NCBI GenBank assembly: GCA_048939625.1
Contig: JBHLPH010000014.1
Span: forward strand, 1-54,526
Source: Promethearchaeota archaeon
Lineage (GTDB): Archaea; Asgardarchaeota; Hermodarchaeia; Hermodarchaeales; Hermodarchaeaceae
DNA: 54,526 bases
Reading direction: 5' to 3'
The notes under the pieces were generated by a model. The model ran no database searches. It was not told the origin of the DNA and was given only the letters and a program-made list of their open reading frames with translations. A program made the position numbers and the translations under genes. Positions 20,601 to 30,405 of the stretch are shown piece after piece (position 1 is the stretch's first letter; each line of letters starts with the position of its first letter).

Positions 20601-22683
20601 TTGTTGTAGCTCCGCATTTTCCGCATTTTTGAACCCGACTGGAAGAGTTACAGTTCGGACACCAATATGTTTGGTGGGTCTCAATATGACAAGTGGGACA
20701 CTTTTGAAGGAACGTAAGTTCTCCACATCGTGAACAGAGACGGTGATTGATATCCACTGTTATGGCTCGAGTTTTCTCTGCTTTACGAATATCTCTCATT
20801 GGCCCTCCAGCATTACCGACGGGATAGATGCCATGAGGGGGTGGTGACATCTCACGACGCTTTGCTTTTTCAGGACGACCTATGCGGGCCCCGATATAGA
20901 AGGTTCCCTTGGGACGAAGCGGGATTGACCAGTTATCTTGTAAGTGATCTAATGCGTCGCTGTCATCGCTTGGTGAATTTGGAAAAGTACACCTGTTTGA
21001 CCCAATGAATAGCGCATACAGAATTGGTGCTGCTTCAAAAAACCAGATTTGACCTTGCTGAATTTTACATGGGATGCAGAGAGTGTTAAGAATCTCTTCA
21101 ATTTCATTATCCAATGACCCACTCAATGATTTGATTTTGTCGTTATCAAAAGTAGGTGTCAGTTCCTGAACCCAGTTGCTCAAGACCTTGAGTTGATGAA
21201 TTGAAAGATCCTCCCAAAAATAGAGATAACGTGGGTGAAGTGGGGCGTTTAGAACCATTGAGATGTTAATTGCTTGCCAAGGGTCAGGATAGTTTAAGAG
21301 GGGGTCTGAAACTAGTTGGTAGAATTCTGTTTTGGGGATGTGGGTATACAATTGTTGGCGAATTTTAGAAGGCGCTTCGAGAAAATTGTTGAGTACTTCT
21401 TGTGCCCACCATTCAGGGCAGTATCCAGCAGGAACAAGAAGATGGTTGTTTTCCCGGAATTCGCCAAAAGCAATTAGAAGATCGCCAAGAAATAATATTT
21501 TGGATACTGAATCACACAGTTTCTTAGCCTCTTCCACAGTGTCCACACGGTGTATGCTCCCACTATGCGTTTTGATGATCGGCCCGTGAATGGTATCGAC
21601 AGGCATGGCAATACATCCTTTTCCTGGACGTTCGATGATGAGTTGAGTGCCACAAGCAATGAAGCTGTCGAGAAGTACCATGGTAGCAGGATGAACGCCT
21701 AGAGCCGCTAACCCTGTATTCCGTGAACGCCCGTACCGAACTCGGAAGCCCCCTTTTCGTGAGGGGTATGCTAACACCGGGCGCCCAGCAATTATATCTT
21801 CCAAATATTTTTCTTTGGGTTGAATTCGTTTTTCAATTTGATTTTCGTCTGTTTCTTGGGGGGTGAGGTTTTCTAACCAGTCCCAGCCTGAGAGCGATAG
21901 CTGAGCAACTTGATTAGCTAGTTTATGCGCTTTCCCTAAGATGCTGTCATTTAAGACAAGGATTGCCCCACCACGGAGACGGTTTGTTTCCACCCCTGGT
22001 GGATCACGATATCCTGTGACTTCTATTTGGGCTGTAGGTTCCCCAGTGACCTCAACAGGTATATTTCGTGCAGCGAGACGAACTTCTTCAGGTCGAGAAG
22101 GGTATTGAAGATGAGAAATTCGATTGTATAAATCAACTTCTTCCACGTATCGTTCTATATTTTCATTAGAGGGTTTATATCGGTCTAAATCGATTTGTTG
22201 ACGAACTGCATCAGCGACGATAACGGTCTGTGCCGCTTCAGTTCCTCCTGCTGCACGAATCGGACCAGCGAAATATACGGCGAGGTATCGGCTACCATCT
22301 GTGTTTGTTTTGATTTTTGCGCCAGCGATGCCTTCAATTGGCCCAGCAGTAATTCCTTCGGTAAGTATTGCAAGAGCGGTACGAATGGCTTGCTCTGCTG
22401 CAGCTTCTAAATCTTCACCGTTTACTTGAGCAGTATGGATTATGTTTCGAGCCACTTCAAAGGCGACGCTGTGAGCAGGTTTGGTTTCGCTTAATTCACG
22501 AATTTGTTCTGCAACACCTGGTGGACCAACGAGCCCTTCTACGCGCCCTGCTACATCATCAGCGGGACGAATTTCTACCTCACTTGTTGGGTCGAGACCT
22601 TTACTTCTAGCGGCTTCAGCGATTTTCGCAAGCTGTTGAACTTCTGCACGAATCGCCTGCATGTATGATTGATGGTAATCCAT
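17605..22683 (-). CDS. polC: DNA polymerase D large subunit DP2, intein-containing
   Basis: AGPIRAAGGT, GGFR.RYGRSRN.G, KDGTIRYD.TD, HAAKRRN/CDGDED catalytic motif and Zn fingers. Confidence 0.97.
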   Translation of the reverse strand: MDYHQSYMQAIRAEVQQLAKIAEAARSKGLDPTSEVEIRPADDVAGRVEGLVGPPGVAEQIRELSETKPAHSVAFEVARNIIHTAQVNGEDLEAAAEQAIRTALAILTEGITAGPIEGIAGAKIKTNTDGSRYLAVYFAGPIRAAGGTEAAQTVIVADAVRQQIDLDRYKPSNENIERYVEEVDLYNRISHLQYPSRPEEVRLAARNIPVEVTGEPTAQIEVTGYRDPPGVETNRLRGGAILVLNDSILGKAHKLANQVAQLSLSGWDWLENLTPQETDENQIEKRIQPKEKYLEDIIAGRPVLAYPSRKGGFRVRYGRSRNTGLAALGVHPATMVLLDSFIACGTQLIIERPGKGCIAMPVDTIHGPIIKTHSGSIHRVDTVEEAKKLCDSVSKILFLGDLLIAFGEFRENNHLLVPAGYCPEWWAQEVLNNFLEAPSKIRQQLYTHIPKTEFYQLVSDPLLNYPDPWQAINISMVLNAPLHPRYLYFWEDLSIHQLKVLSNWVQELTPTFDNDKIKSLSGSLDNEIEEILNTLCIPCKIQQGQIWFFEAAPILYALFIGSNRCTFPNSPSDDSDALDHLQDNWSIPLRPKGTFYIGARIGRPEKAKRREMSPPPHGIYPVGNAGGPMRDIRKAEKTRAITVDINHRLCSRCGELTFLQKCPTCHIETHQTYWCPNCNSSSRVQKCGKCGATTNTYGPVDLDVKSELQRIHTKLGGILPKRIKGVKGLMSKDKTPELLEKAVLRAAHDLFVYKDGTIRYDMTDAPLTHFKPCEINVPIDKLRKLGYNFDKLGAPLQSTSQILELKIQDIIVPYDCAKYLYRVSQYVDALLTQVYDLDPFYNLQTPEDLVGHLVIGLAPHTSAGIIGRIVGFTPLRVCYAHPFWHAAKRRNCLHENEEILIWDTDKHQILREPIGQVVEDLLQNGANHRVVDDYGTIEIENSHSNWLALSFDPELLKPIFQPIKHWVKGTSNKWITITTQSGRKITMTPEHTVITWNQRTKTTERKTALQLEQGDLIPIINRSGFPIIDSASFFNILQELSSNLPKTQKFEAFKHATRLRKASKWLKKQLFKFVLSNLCYHSINKSKDTPSAWQLARKLKLYFQDKLPTKPYKHIFSTNWYHSIPLSHLEVFENEGVFQWNDIPDYVEIGMARDDKTFAPYIANTAELYRLLGYFISEGYIRDESTCYQTNFSVPNPEIRKHLIQLIQKILGSQPYYKKDNHQLCHTSRIHAYLFAYAWKLGTKALQKRLPTFIFTANKDHRYHFLSALIDGDGSIIPQACRTTIYTGNQSLAEDYCLLLSTFGIFARISSTKGGRFGQKILNRYEELGTQPKETKGLYHVNIPGRENLAFLRNLSLIHKKKTARIEKLFQNGFPKTQRIMRISNSMIADKIKSIKYSNQFGASYCLEINPINPNVPAYHNITQNTLMCVGQCDGDEDSLLLALDSLINFSRAYLPTSRGGSMDTPLVLSITITPKEIDDEAHHIDGSGLYPLEFYERARQFVDPKDVEDIFDLVAHRIVDHRLDPSTEVYGLDFSHPTGDVNYGPRITTYSKLKTMQEKVERQLGLGERIAAVDVQDMARRLLDSHFLPDIFGNIRAFSTQQVRCTRCNQKYRRIPLSGKCTECSGNLVLTVTQAGITKYVELASKVIEHYQLPLYYQQRLEMAKRVIKSLFPMEEDEQQTTLREFTPTRS
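18388..20010 (-). mobile_element. 541-aa intein with LAGLIDADG homing endonuclease in DP2
   Basis: Splits KRRN|CDGDED. Begins CLHENE; block B TPEH; endonuclease motifs LLGYFISEG and FLSALIDGDG; block F YCL; ends VGQ before Cys+1. Confidence 0.95.
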
Positions 22684-23394
22684 TCAACTGATTCCTCCAA
22701 GAAGTAATGCTACGAACATTATTTCGAAAAATGCCAAAACCAACCCGATTGCAATCGGATTCAACAAATTGTCATCGATTGGAGAGGCAACAAAATCGAC
22801 CAACAATAACACTGATGCAGCAATTAACCCATACACCCATGGAATACCAATAAAAAACCAGAGGGGTAGGAACGCTAGAAACCCAAAGATAAATCCAGCT
22901 ATCGCACCTTCCAAAGTTCGATTCCCCTTAATGCGGCGTCGACCAAAGCGTATACCAATAATTGCAGCCATTGCGTCACCGATAGCTGCAACTAAAACTG
23001 CGCCTACTGCTAACCATCCTGAAAGCATCCAATAGCAAGGCAATTGAAACCAGGTGAATAGAACGTTTCCAAGAAGATAGAGGGTTAGGAAAATAATCAT
23101 GGTTCCTACAGCAAAATATACGCTCGCACCTATTCTCGTCCGTTCACGTGGACGCATAACACGGTCTGTAATTCGTTTGAAGGGAAAGTACCCATAGACA
23201 CGTATCCGTGAGAGTTCAAGTCCAAGAAAGAAAACCAAGCAAATACCTGTAAACCCGATGGATAATAGTGAGCCATGAGGAACGCCAAAGAGTACAATAC
23301 CTATAGCGTTAACTAAAGCTACAAGAATCATAAGTGAGTGGAAGAATTTCCGTTGAACTTCGGTGGTTACGACAGTTTCTGCCATTACCCTCAC
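22684..23394 (-). CDS. dolichol/phytol kinase-like (CTP-dependent polyprenol kinase family) membrane protein
   Basis: RK.FH, GD..AA.IG..FG......RT.EG..AG and DDNL motifs; many TM helices. Confidence 0.85.
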   Translation of the reverse strand: MRVMAETVVTTEVQRKFFHSLMILVALVNAIGIVLFGVPHGSLLSIGFTGICLVFFLGLELSRIRVYGYFPFKRITDRVMRPRERTRIGASVYFAVGTMIIFLTLYLLGNVLFTWFQLPCYWMLSGWLAVGAVLVAAIGDAMAAIIGIRFGRRRIKGNRTLEGAIAGFIFGFLAFLPLWFFIGIPWVYGLIAASVLLLVDFVASPIDDNLLNPIAIGLVLAFFEIMFVALLLGGIS

Positions 23395-23556
23395 TGATTA
23401 AGGTCGTGACTCTTATGCGTTTAGGCAAAACCAGCGAATAAGCTTTTATTACCTCCAAATTTTGAATATTAGGAAGCGAACATCCTCCTGTTGGGAAAAG
23501 GCTTTAAGGTTTGATTAGTGTCAAATCTGCCTAGCCTTTCCAGGTGAACCCGGCAG

Positions 23557-24531
23557 ATGGCCTATATATCCCGCCAGCGACTCATTGTCTGTTTCTTAAT
23601 TTTTCTACTCCTATTCATTGTGCCATATACTAGTGGAACTAGCCAAGAAGAAGAAGGGCAAATTGTAATTGTCTTTGACTTTACCCATAATACTACCTAC
23701 AGTGTTTCAAAACGAAATTTCACAGAAGCCATTGAATTCTTTGATAGCCACCCTGAATATCAGGTTCGGTTACTTGATACAGGAGAATTATCTGCAGCGA
23801 ACCTATCGCGATCCCATATTCTTGTGATACCTAATCCGATGCATAATTATTCCACCTCAGAGCTGCTAGTTATATCTGATTATGTCCACCAAGGTGGATC
23901 CTTGTTCTTATTGAGTGATTTTCAGATAGCAAATAGACAGATCGGAAATCCCCTATCCGCTAATTTAATCCTACAAAACTTGTTGGAACATCGAGTCCGC
24001 TTCACAACCTTTGTAGATGGAAATGAGACACAAGGGGATGCGATAATCGATTTGAATAGTTCACAGATTCTTTCGTATAATATTGAAGTTAATAGTTCGT
24101 ATCTTTATTCACAGTCAGATCGTGAACCACTGATTACCGGGGTTAGATCGCTAATGGTTGCCGGGGGCTCGTTATCAGCGGTTTATTCGAATCTCATTAT
24201 TGCGAGTGGGTCAGAGACCTCTCAAGCTGTATCTATCGATGGTCAAGTCTTACGTAATCAGCCAACCTGGCTTTCAGCCTTTTGGATTGGACAATCTAGG
24301 ATTGTGCTCTGTTCTTCCACTACAATGTTTTCTGACACAACCTGTGTTGTCACGAACCAAAGTTGGTTCCAATCGCTGGACAACAGTGTTTTATGGTATA
24401 ATATCTTCAGATGGATGTCAATGAATCTTGTCCAAAATCCTGTCCAAGTTATGCTTTTCTTTGTTGCACTAATTTTGGTTGTCGGAGTCGTTATTTTTAG
24501 CTATTCACTTTGGCTAACAAAACGAGTGTGA
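23557..24531 (+). CDS. exported, C-terminally anchored GIFT/DUF4350-like domain protein
   Basis: Signal peptide; FD.TH; ILVIPNP...YS..E...I.DYV..GGSLFLL.D; C-terminal TM helix with a basic tail. Confidence 0.7.
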   Translation: MAYISRQRLIVCFLIFLLLFIVPYTSGTSQEEEGQIVIVFDFTHNTTYSVSKRNFTEAIEFFDSHPEYQVRLLDTGELSAANLSRSHILVIPNPMHNYSTSELLVISDYVHQGGSLFLLSDFQIANRQIGNPLSANLILQNLLEHRVRFTTFVDGNETQGDAIIDLNSSQILSYNIEVNSSYLYSQSDREPLITGVRSLMVAGGSLSAVYSNLIIASGSETSQAVSIDGQVLRNQPTWLSAFWIGQSRIVLCSSTTMFSDTTCVVTNQSWFQSLDNSVLWYNIFRWMSMNLVQNPVQVMLFFVALILVVGVVIFSYSLWLTKRV

Positions 24532-25190
24532 GGAATTAGATTCCGACCAAGAGTTACTATCCAGCGAGTGATATCCCGGGAAGCACGAATTTTTGATTCT
24601 TCGTCGCCATAGTTTGTTGCAATAGGAACCTCAGATATCTCAAACCCTGCTCGTTGGGCATCGATTAAGATTTCAGTTTCTGCTGCGAATCCATCATCTC
24701 GGACCTGGATTACTTCTAGTACTCTTTTTCTGAAAGCCCGATAACCCGATTGCGAGTCAGTTACAGGAATTTTGAAGAACACCCGTAGTGCTTGTGTGGT
24801 AATTAGATTGCTTAATTTTCTCACAAAAGGCATTTCCTCAGAGCGTGTGGCATACCGAGACCCCACTACGATATCATAGCCTTGATGGATTTTAGTGATA
24901 AATCGTGGAATTGAATGGGGATTGTGCTGTAAATCGCCATCCAGAGTAATGATGAGATCGCAGCCCATCTGTAATGCATAATTAAACCCCGTTCGTAATG
25001 CTGCACCTTTTCCCTGATTCCGAGGATGGCTAAGAACTGTCGCTCCAGCCTTTTCAGCAATTTGCGGCGTATTATCTGTACTTCCATCATCAACTACGAT
25101 AACATTTGAGCAGTATTGCTGTGATAGAAGGATCACCTGCTTGATTGCCCGTGATTCCTGATAAGCAGGTATTATGCAACAAATTTTCAT
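24501..25190 (-). CDS. GT2 glycosyltransferase, dolichol-phosphate mannose/glucose synthase-like
   Basis: IIPAYQE, VVDDGSTD, N.GKG.A, DGD.QH, GSR and DSQSGYR. Confidence 0.9.
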   Translation of the reverse strand: MKICCIIPAYQESRAIKQVILLSQQYCSNVIVVDDGSTDNTPQIAEKAGATVLSHPRNQGKGAALRTGFNYALQMGCDLIITLDGDLQHNPHSIPRFITKIHQGYDIVVGSRYATRSEEMPFVRKLSNLITTQALRVFFKIPVTDSQSGYRAFRKRVLEVIQVRDDGFAAETEILIDAQRAGFEISEVPIATNYGDEESKIRASRDITRWIVTLGRNLIPHTRFVSQSE

Positions 25191-25251
25191 TTAAACCAGC
25201 ACGAGATTATTGTATGGAAGGATTACGTAGCAGGCTAAAAAATCAAAAAGC

Positions 25252-25530
25252 TTACGATTCGGAAGACAGTTTGGAATCAGAAGATTTCGCCGATAACGAT
25301 TGTTCCGCGCAAATATCGACGAATTCACCGTAGACATCGACAGGCTCAGTTAAGGGAGTAATTGCTAGTGTGGCTTGAATGTCACAGTTACCACAATGAA
25401 TTGTGGCTTTCCCTTTGTTTTTGTCTAATTCTACTCGAACAGCGTTACGTCCACAGCGAGGACAATTGAATATTGAGGGAATCGTTCTTATCGGACGGCG
25501 GGGAGTAGTTTTTCTTCTTCGTCGACCCAT
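25252..25530 (-). CDS. elf1: transcription elongation factor Elf1
   Basis: MGRRRRK, F.CP.C, C..C and EPVDVY..FVD. Confidence 0.92.
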   Translation of the reverse strand: MGRRRRKTTPRRPIRTIPSIFNCPRCGRNAVRVELDKNKGKATIHCGNCDIQATLAITPLTEPVDVYGEFVDICAEQSLSAKSSDSKLSSES

Positions 25531-25585
25531 TTTAAACACCATAATCATTGTCGTCAATTGCACTATCTGATATGAAAGACCTACA

Positions 25586-27325
25586 TTACCTTTGGGCTTT
25601 TCGTTCTAGCTTATTCAATAATTGGTTTGCTGTTTCTAGTGGGTCCGCTTCGGACACAGCATTAACAGAAAGTTCTAATTCATTAGAGAAATTGTTTAGA
25701 TTGATTCGACCTGAGAGTTTCAGATCTTTGCCTAGTAATGTTTCTTCTATTTTACGAACAGGTTCATCCTCGTTTCCTGATTCTGTAATCATTTTTTTCG
25801 CAGCAGATCCAGTCATTCCAAAGAGTTTCTCAGCCGAAGCACCGATGAGGCTTGCACGGATATTTTCAGTTCCATCATCTACGACAATTTTTGCTATAAG
25901 TCGGGGCTCGGATTTGGGAATTTTTCCACACTTTGGGCAGGTTATTGTAGAATTGCTTTGTGAGACTTTTTTGAAGCATTTCGGACAGGAATCATAAACA
26001 GATTTTTGATGAATAATCTGAACGATTGTTCCGCGCACAGTTACAAAATTGCCTTCAGTCACGTTTGCTAATACTTGGTCAGGCGTTTGGGTTTTATCGG
26101 ATCCGAGAAAGGTTTCTGATGGAGTTTCAATGGTTAATTTAGGAGGGTTTCGAACTACTTGAGTTGACTCATTGATATGTATTTCAAGGTCTTGTCGAAG
26201 GCCAGAACGACAACTGACACCAGTTAGCAAAAGCGTTGTTCCAGTTTTGAGGTCACTAAGATTCTCGGCTGCCTTTCCCCATGCGACAGCTCGAATCCGA
26301 GCTGAAGAATCAGCTAATGTTAGGACTAGACGTTTTCCTTCAGTTCCATCACGTCTGGTAAATGTGCTCAATCCTTGATTATCAATGACGATCACACCAA
26401 TCATATTGGCGTAATCTCCCGATTTGAGAGACTTTAGTAGTTGAACTTTTGAGGAGGCTTTAACGGATGGGCTTGGTGACGAACTAAGGATTTGAATTCG
26501 ACCACGACGTCCTAAGTGAATTTCTGGTTCATTATTTTGATTTAGTCGCACATATCCACTTTCGATGCTAACCCTATCATTTACGTTCAATTTATTGAAC
26601 CATTCACTTTGTTCATCCCATAAAACGAGGCGTGTGGTTCCTGTATCATCACGAAGGGCGAGATTCGCTACTGTTCCTTCTGAATCACCGCGTTGAAATG
26701 TCGTTAAGCGATACTTAGCGATAATTTCACCTTCAGCAAAGACATCAAACATTCCCTCTTGGAGTGATTTTATTTTGGTAAATGAAACCTCTTCTTCTGG
26801 AAAATCCTTGGGATCAACATCGGGAGGATTAATCATAATTCGACTACCTCCCCCTAAATGAAGTTCTAATTGATCACGAAGTCCAGTTCTGACACGTCCA
26901 TTAATGATTCGGAGAATATCACCTTCATCGAATTCCTTATCCTCTATAGGCTGGGTGTGTTTATTCCAGAAAGTAACACGAATTGAGCCTGTTGCATCAT
27001 TTCCAATGATGCTTGCGACTTGTCCTTCTCCGCCTTGCTTCCGTTCAAAGGTTCGTACCGGATAAATCCGAAGAACTTTCACATTCAATGATACTCCAGT
27101 CATCCCTGCGACCAGATCACGTATGGTCAGCTTTATTTCTGGTGTGGCTTGGCTTTCAAATAAATCCAAATCCAATTCTCGAGCAACAAGAGATGCAGCA
27201 CCCTCATCGGTTACATACCCATCTAATTCCTTCTTCTTTGCTTCAATTAATTGAAGTACCTGTTCTTTGGATTTTCCAGATTTAGAAACAATCAAATCGA
27301 CAATTTCGGCAAGCTTAAGTGGCAC
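25586..27325 (-). CDS. rpa: replication protein A (multiple OB folds plus Zn finger)
   Basis: Repeated D.TG.IR...W OB folds and Y..CP.C.KK...CP.CG. Confidence 0.92.
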   Translation of the reverse strand: MPLKLAEIVDLIVSKSGKSKEQVLQLIEAKKKELDGYVTDEGAASLVARELDLDLFESQATPEIKLTIRDLVAGMTGVSLNVKVLRIYPVRTFERKQGGEGQVASIIGNDATGSIRVTFWNKHTQPIEDKEFDEGDILRIINGRVRTGLRDQLELHLGGGSRIMINPPDVDPKDFPEEEVSFTKIKSLQEGMFDVFAEGEIIAKYRLTTFQRGDSEGTVANLALRDDTGTTRLVLWDEQSEWFNKLNVNDRVSIESGYVRLNQNNEPEIHLGRRGRIQILSSSPSPSVKASSKVQLLKSLKSGDYANMIGVIVIDNQGLSTFTRRDGTEGKRLVLTLADSSARIRAVAWGKAAENLSDLKTGTTLLLTGVSCRSGLRQDLEIHINESTQVVRNPPKLTIETPSETFLGSDKTQTPDQVLANVTEGNFVTVRGTIVQIIHQKSVYDSCPKCFKKVSQSNSTITCPKCGKIPKSEPRLIAKIVVDDGTENIRASLIGASAEKLFGMTGSAAKKMITESGNEDEPVRKIEETLLGKDLKLSGRINLNNFSNELELSVNAVSEADPLETANQLLNKLERKAQR

Positions 27326-27429
27326 GTTTGAAAACAGCCTCCCACAGATGAGTGACTAATATCACAGGTTTCTACAGCCATTGTATTAAAAACATCACTC
27401 TGGAACCGATATTATATGAGGCACTCTAA

Positions 27430-30249
27430 GTGGCGAATGATGTCTTCGGGCAGTTGAATCCACGACTTTCTGCAGAAATTGATAAGCAGGGATTTCACAC
27501 GCCCACACCTATTCAGAAGCGTAGTATTCCGCGTATTCTTAGAGGTAAGTCGGTTCTACTTATCGCTCCAACGGGGCATGGAAAGACTGAGGCGGCCTTT
27601 TTTCCTCTGATAAATCGTCTTCTTGAAGAATCAGAGACCGCTCAGGGTGTTCAGTTCATTTGGATTACTCCGCTTCGCGCCTTGAATCGAGACATTCTGC
27701 AACGTCTAGTTCGGATTGCCGAGGAGTTGCAGATTAGAGTTGAAGTTAGACATGGTGATACTCCAGCTTCAACTAGACGTCGACAAACTTTGAAGCCTCC
27801 CCAGTTGTTTATAATTACACCTGAAACCTTGCAAGCAATATTGGCCGGAAAACGGATTCGAGAACACCTGCGTAATGTAAATTGCGTCGTCATTGATGAA
27901 ATCCATGAGCTGGCATCTAGCAAACGTGGAGTCCAATTAATGGTCGGTTTAGAGCGACTTCGTGAGCTTACTAGAGTGCCCTTCCAACGTATAGGATTAT
28001 CTGCAACCATTGGAAACCCCGAAGAGATTAGAGATTTCGTTGGTGGAGAGAGAAAAGTTAGTATTATCAAATCCCCGGTTCGGAAGAAATTCCAGTTTTC
28101 CCTTGAATATTGCCCCTTTTCATATGGTGATGAAGAAAAAACCCCACTCGATGGACCAGCTGAAAGGATTTGGGAGCTAGTTTCAAAACATTCATCCACG
28201 CTCATCTTTTGTAATGAAAGGCAAACTGCAGAAGCACTCGCTCTCAGGTTAGCCCGTCTGCACCATCAGGAATCTGGTGTGCATCATGGATCACTCTCGC
28301 GAGAGGCACGAATCGAAGCAGAACAGAGATTCAAAGCGGGAGAGACGCCATATTTAGTCTGTACTTCATCCTTGGAGCTAGGGCTAGATATTGGTACAGT
28401 AGATTTAGTAATTCAGTATGGATCACCACGGCAAGTTATTCGGCTTGTTCAGCGGGTTGGTCGAGCAGGACATAAACTGGGTCGCAGAGCAAAGGGCGTT
28501 ATCATTACGACTAAATTTGATGATGTTTGCGAAGGAATTGTGGTAGGGAAAAATGCCGTAGATGGGTGCCTTGAAACTCCACCTATCCATTATAATGCGT
28601 TAGATATCGTAGCTCATCAATTAGTTGGATTAGCGATTGAATACAAAAACCTCACCTACGATCAAGCCACCGAAATCATCAAACGAGCCTCACCTTATAG
28701 AACTCTCGAGAAGGAGAAAATTGCTCAAGTACGAGAGTATCTTCAGAAAGAAGGGTTAATATCGAGAGATGATGTGATTTTGCGCCCACGTCGAAAGTCT
28801 TATTCCTATTATTTTGAGAACCTATCGGTGATTCCAGATATACCTCATCATCGGGTTATCAATGTCGCCACAAATAGACCGGTGGGGCGTCTTGATACAG
28901 GTTTTGCTGAAGAATACGGACAAACTGGAAATATTCTCGTTCTTCGGGGACGACCATGGGAAGTTGTCAAACAAGACGAGGAATCAGTTTATGTTACTGC
29001 AATTCACCAAACACAAGGGCGGATACCCCGTTGGAGTGGAGAACTAATTCCGGTATCAAAGATGATTGCAGAAGGAGTTAGCACTTTATGGAATCAAATT
29101 GCACAAAACTTAGATTCGCCCGAAGCTCTATCATATGAAATTATTGTTGATAATTCTGCAAAAGAAGTGCAACTCAACACAATACGAAAACAAATTCACA
29201 GTAACTTTATCCCTGATAACCAGACCTTGATCATCGAAGTTGGGTATGAGTTAATCGTGATTCATTCCTCTTTTGGAACGCGTATCAATCAAACCCTTGG
29301 TCGATTGCTGGCTGCCCTATTGACTTCACAGTTAGGGAGGGATATTGTTTTTCATGCTGATCAGTACCGTATTCTTTTCCGTTTTGAACACGGTGGGGCA
29401 TACGAGATTGCGGATGCTCTTAAGGAAGGCTTTCAAACACTTCACCCTAATCATATTGATGAATTACTAGAATTGATTCTATTAAGGTCACCATATTTCG
29501 CAAGACGTTTTCTTCATGTGGCTAGAAGATTTGGAGTTATTTCAAGGTCCGCTAGTCTCAGAAGTAGCCAACTTCTTCGAATTATGCAATATTTCACAGG
29601 AACCCCGATTATTGAGGAAGCTCTCAGAGAATTTTATGTCGACAAACTAGATATCGATCAGACTCGAGTACTCTTAGAAAAAATCCAAACCAACGAAATC
29701 TCGGTAACCCAGCTATACAGTAAAAAGCCATCTCCTTTTGCGCGTCAGATTCTAGCGCGATTCGGTGAGTTTCTTGAACCTGAAATCCCAGAAGCTTACA
29801 TTCTGGAACAAACGAAAAACCGCCTGCTAAACCGTAAGGTACGCTTGGTATGTTTACACTGTGGTCAGTGGTCTAGTGTTCGCACAATCAAACACCTAGA
29901 TGAGCACCCAAAGTGCAAAAAATGCGCATCAAGGCAAATAGCAGGAGTCTTTCCGACAGATGAATTATTACAAAAGGCGATTAAGCGTCATCGTGCAGGC
30001 ATGAAGCTATCACCTGACGAAAAGAAGGCTTTGAGAAAAGGACGAGAAAATGCTGAGGTGGTTCTAAATTATGGTAAACCTGCCTTAATCGCCATGGCTG
30101 GTCGTGGTATTGGGCCCACCGTTGTGAAACGAATCCTTGCAGGAAGCCATGAACGCCCAGAAAGTGAATTCTACCGTCTGATATTAGAAAGTGAAAAACA
30201 ATTTATTAGAACGCGTGAGTGGTGGGCGGAATCAAAATCTGATTCATAG
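27430..30249 (+). CDS. lhr: Lhr-type SF2 helicase
   Basis: APTGHGKT, PLRALNRD, TPETL, DEIH, LSATI, HHGSLS, SLELGLD and QRVGRAGH; C-terminal Zn finger. Confidence 0.93.
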   Translation: MANDVFGQLNPRLSAEIDKQGFHTPTPIQKRSIPRILRGKSVLLIAPTGHGKTEAAFFPLINRLLEESETAQGVQFIWITPLRALNRDILQRLVRIAEELQIRVEVRHGDTPASTRRRQTLKPPQLFIITPETLQAILAGKRIREHLRNVNCVVIDEIHELASSKRGVQLMVGLERLRELTRVPFQRIGLSATIGNPEEIRDFVGGERKVSIIKSPVRKKFQFSLEYCPFSYGDEEKTPLDGPAERIWELVSKHSSTLIFCNERQTAEALALRLARLHHQESGVHHGSLSREARIEAEQRFKAGETPYLVCTSSLELGLDIGTVDLVIQYGSPRQVIRLVQRVGRAGHKLGRRAKGVIITTKFDDVCEGIVVGKNAVDGCLETPPIHYNALDIVAHQLVGLAIEYKNLTYDQATEIIKRASPYRTLEKEKIAQVREYLQKEGLISRDDVILRPRRKSYSYYFENLSVIPDIPHHRVINVATNRPVGRLDTGFAEEYGQTGNILVLRGRPWEVVKQDEESVYVTAIHQTQGRIPRWSGELIPVSKMIAEGVSTLWNQIAQNLDSPEALSYEIIVDNSAKEVQLNTIRKQIHSNFIPDNQTLIIEVGYELIVIHSSFGTRINQTLGRLLAALLTSQLGRDIVFHADQYRILFRFEHGGAYEIADALKEGFQTLHPNHIDELLELILLRSPYFARRFLHVARRFGVISRSASLRSSQLLRIMQYFTGTPIIEEALREFYVDKLDIDQTRVLLEKIQTNEISVTQLYSKKPSPFARQILARFGEFLEPEIPEAYILEQTKNRLLNRKVRLVCLHCGQWSSVRTIKHLDEHPKCKKCASRQIAGVFPTDELLQKAIKRHRAGMKLSPDEKKALRKGRENAEVVLNYGKPALIAMAGRGIGPTVVKRILAGSHERPESEFYRLILESEKQFIRTREWWAESKSDS

Positions 30250-30254
30250 AGTTA

Positions 30255-30359
30255 TTATTCTTCACGACCACGTAGAATATGGAATGCTAAAATTAAGAAG
30301 CTGGCTAGGATAGATAGCCCGATTGTTACCAGATAATAGATTTGGTATAATACACTCAT
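30255..30359 (-). CDS. 34-aa single-TM peptide, OST4-like (below the ORF-track cutoff)
   Basis: Translates to MSVLYQIYYLVTIGLSILASFLILAFHILRGREE. It fills the gap between the lhr and SWIM genes, has a tandem TAA stop and a TATA-like CTTAAAAA upstream. Confidence 0.6.
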   Translation of the reverse strand: MSVLYQIYYLVTIGLSILASFLILAFHILRGREE

Positions 30360-30405
30360 TTTCGGAACCTTTCAGCCAAGTTCCTTTACTAGTTTTTAAG
30401 TTTAT

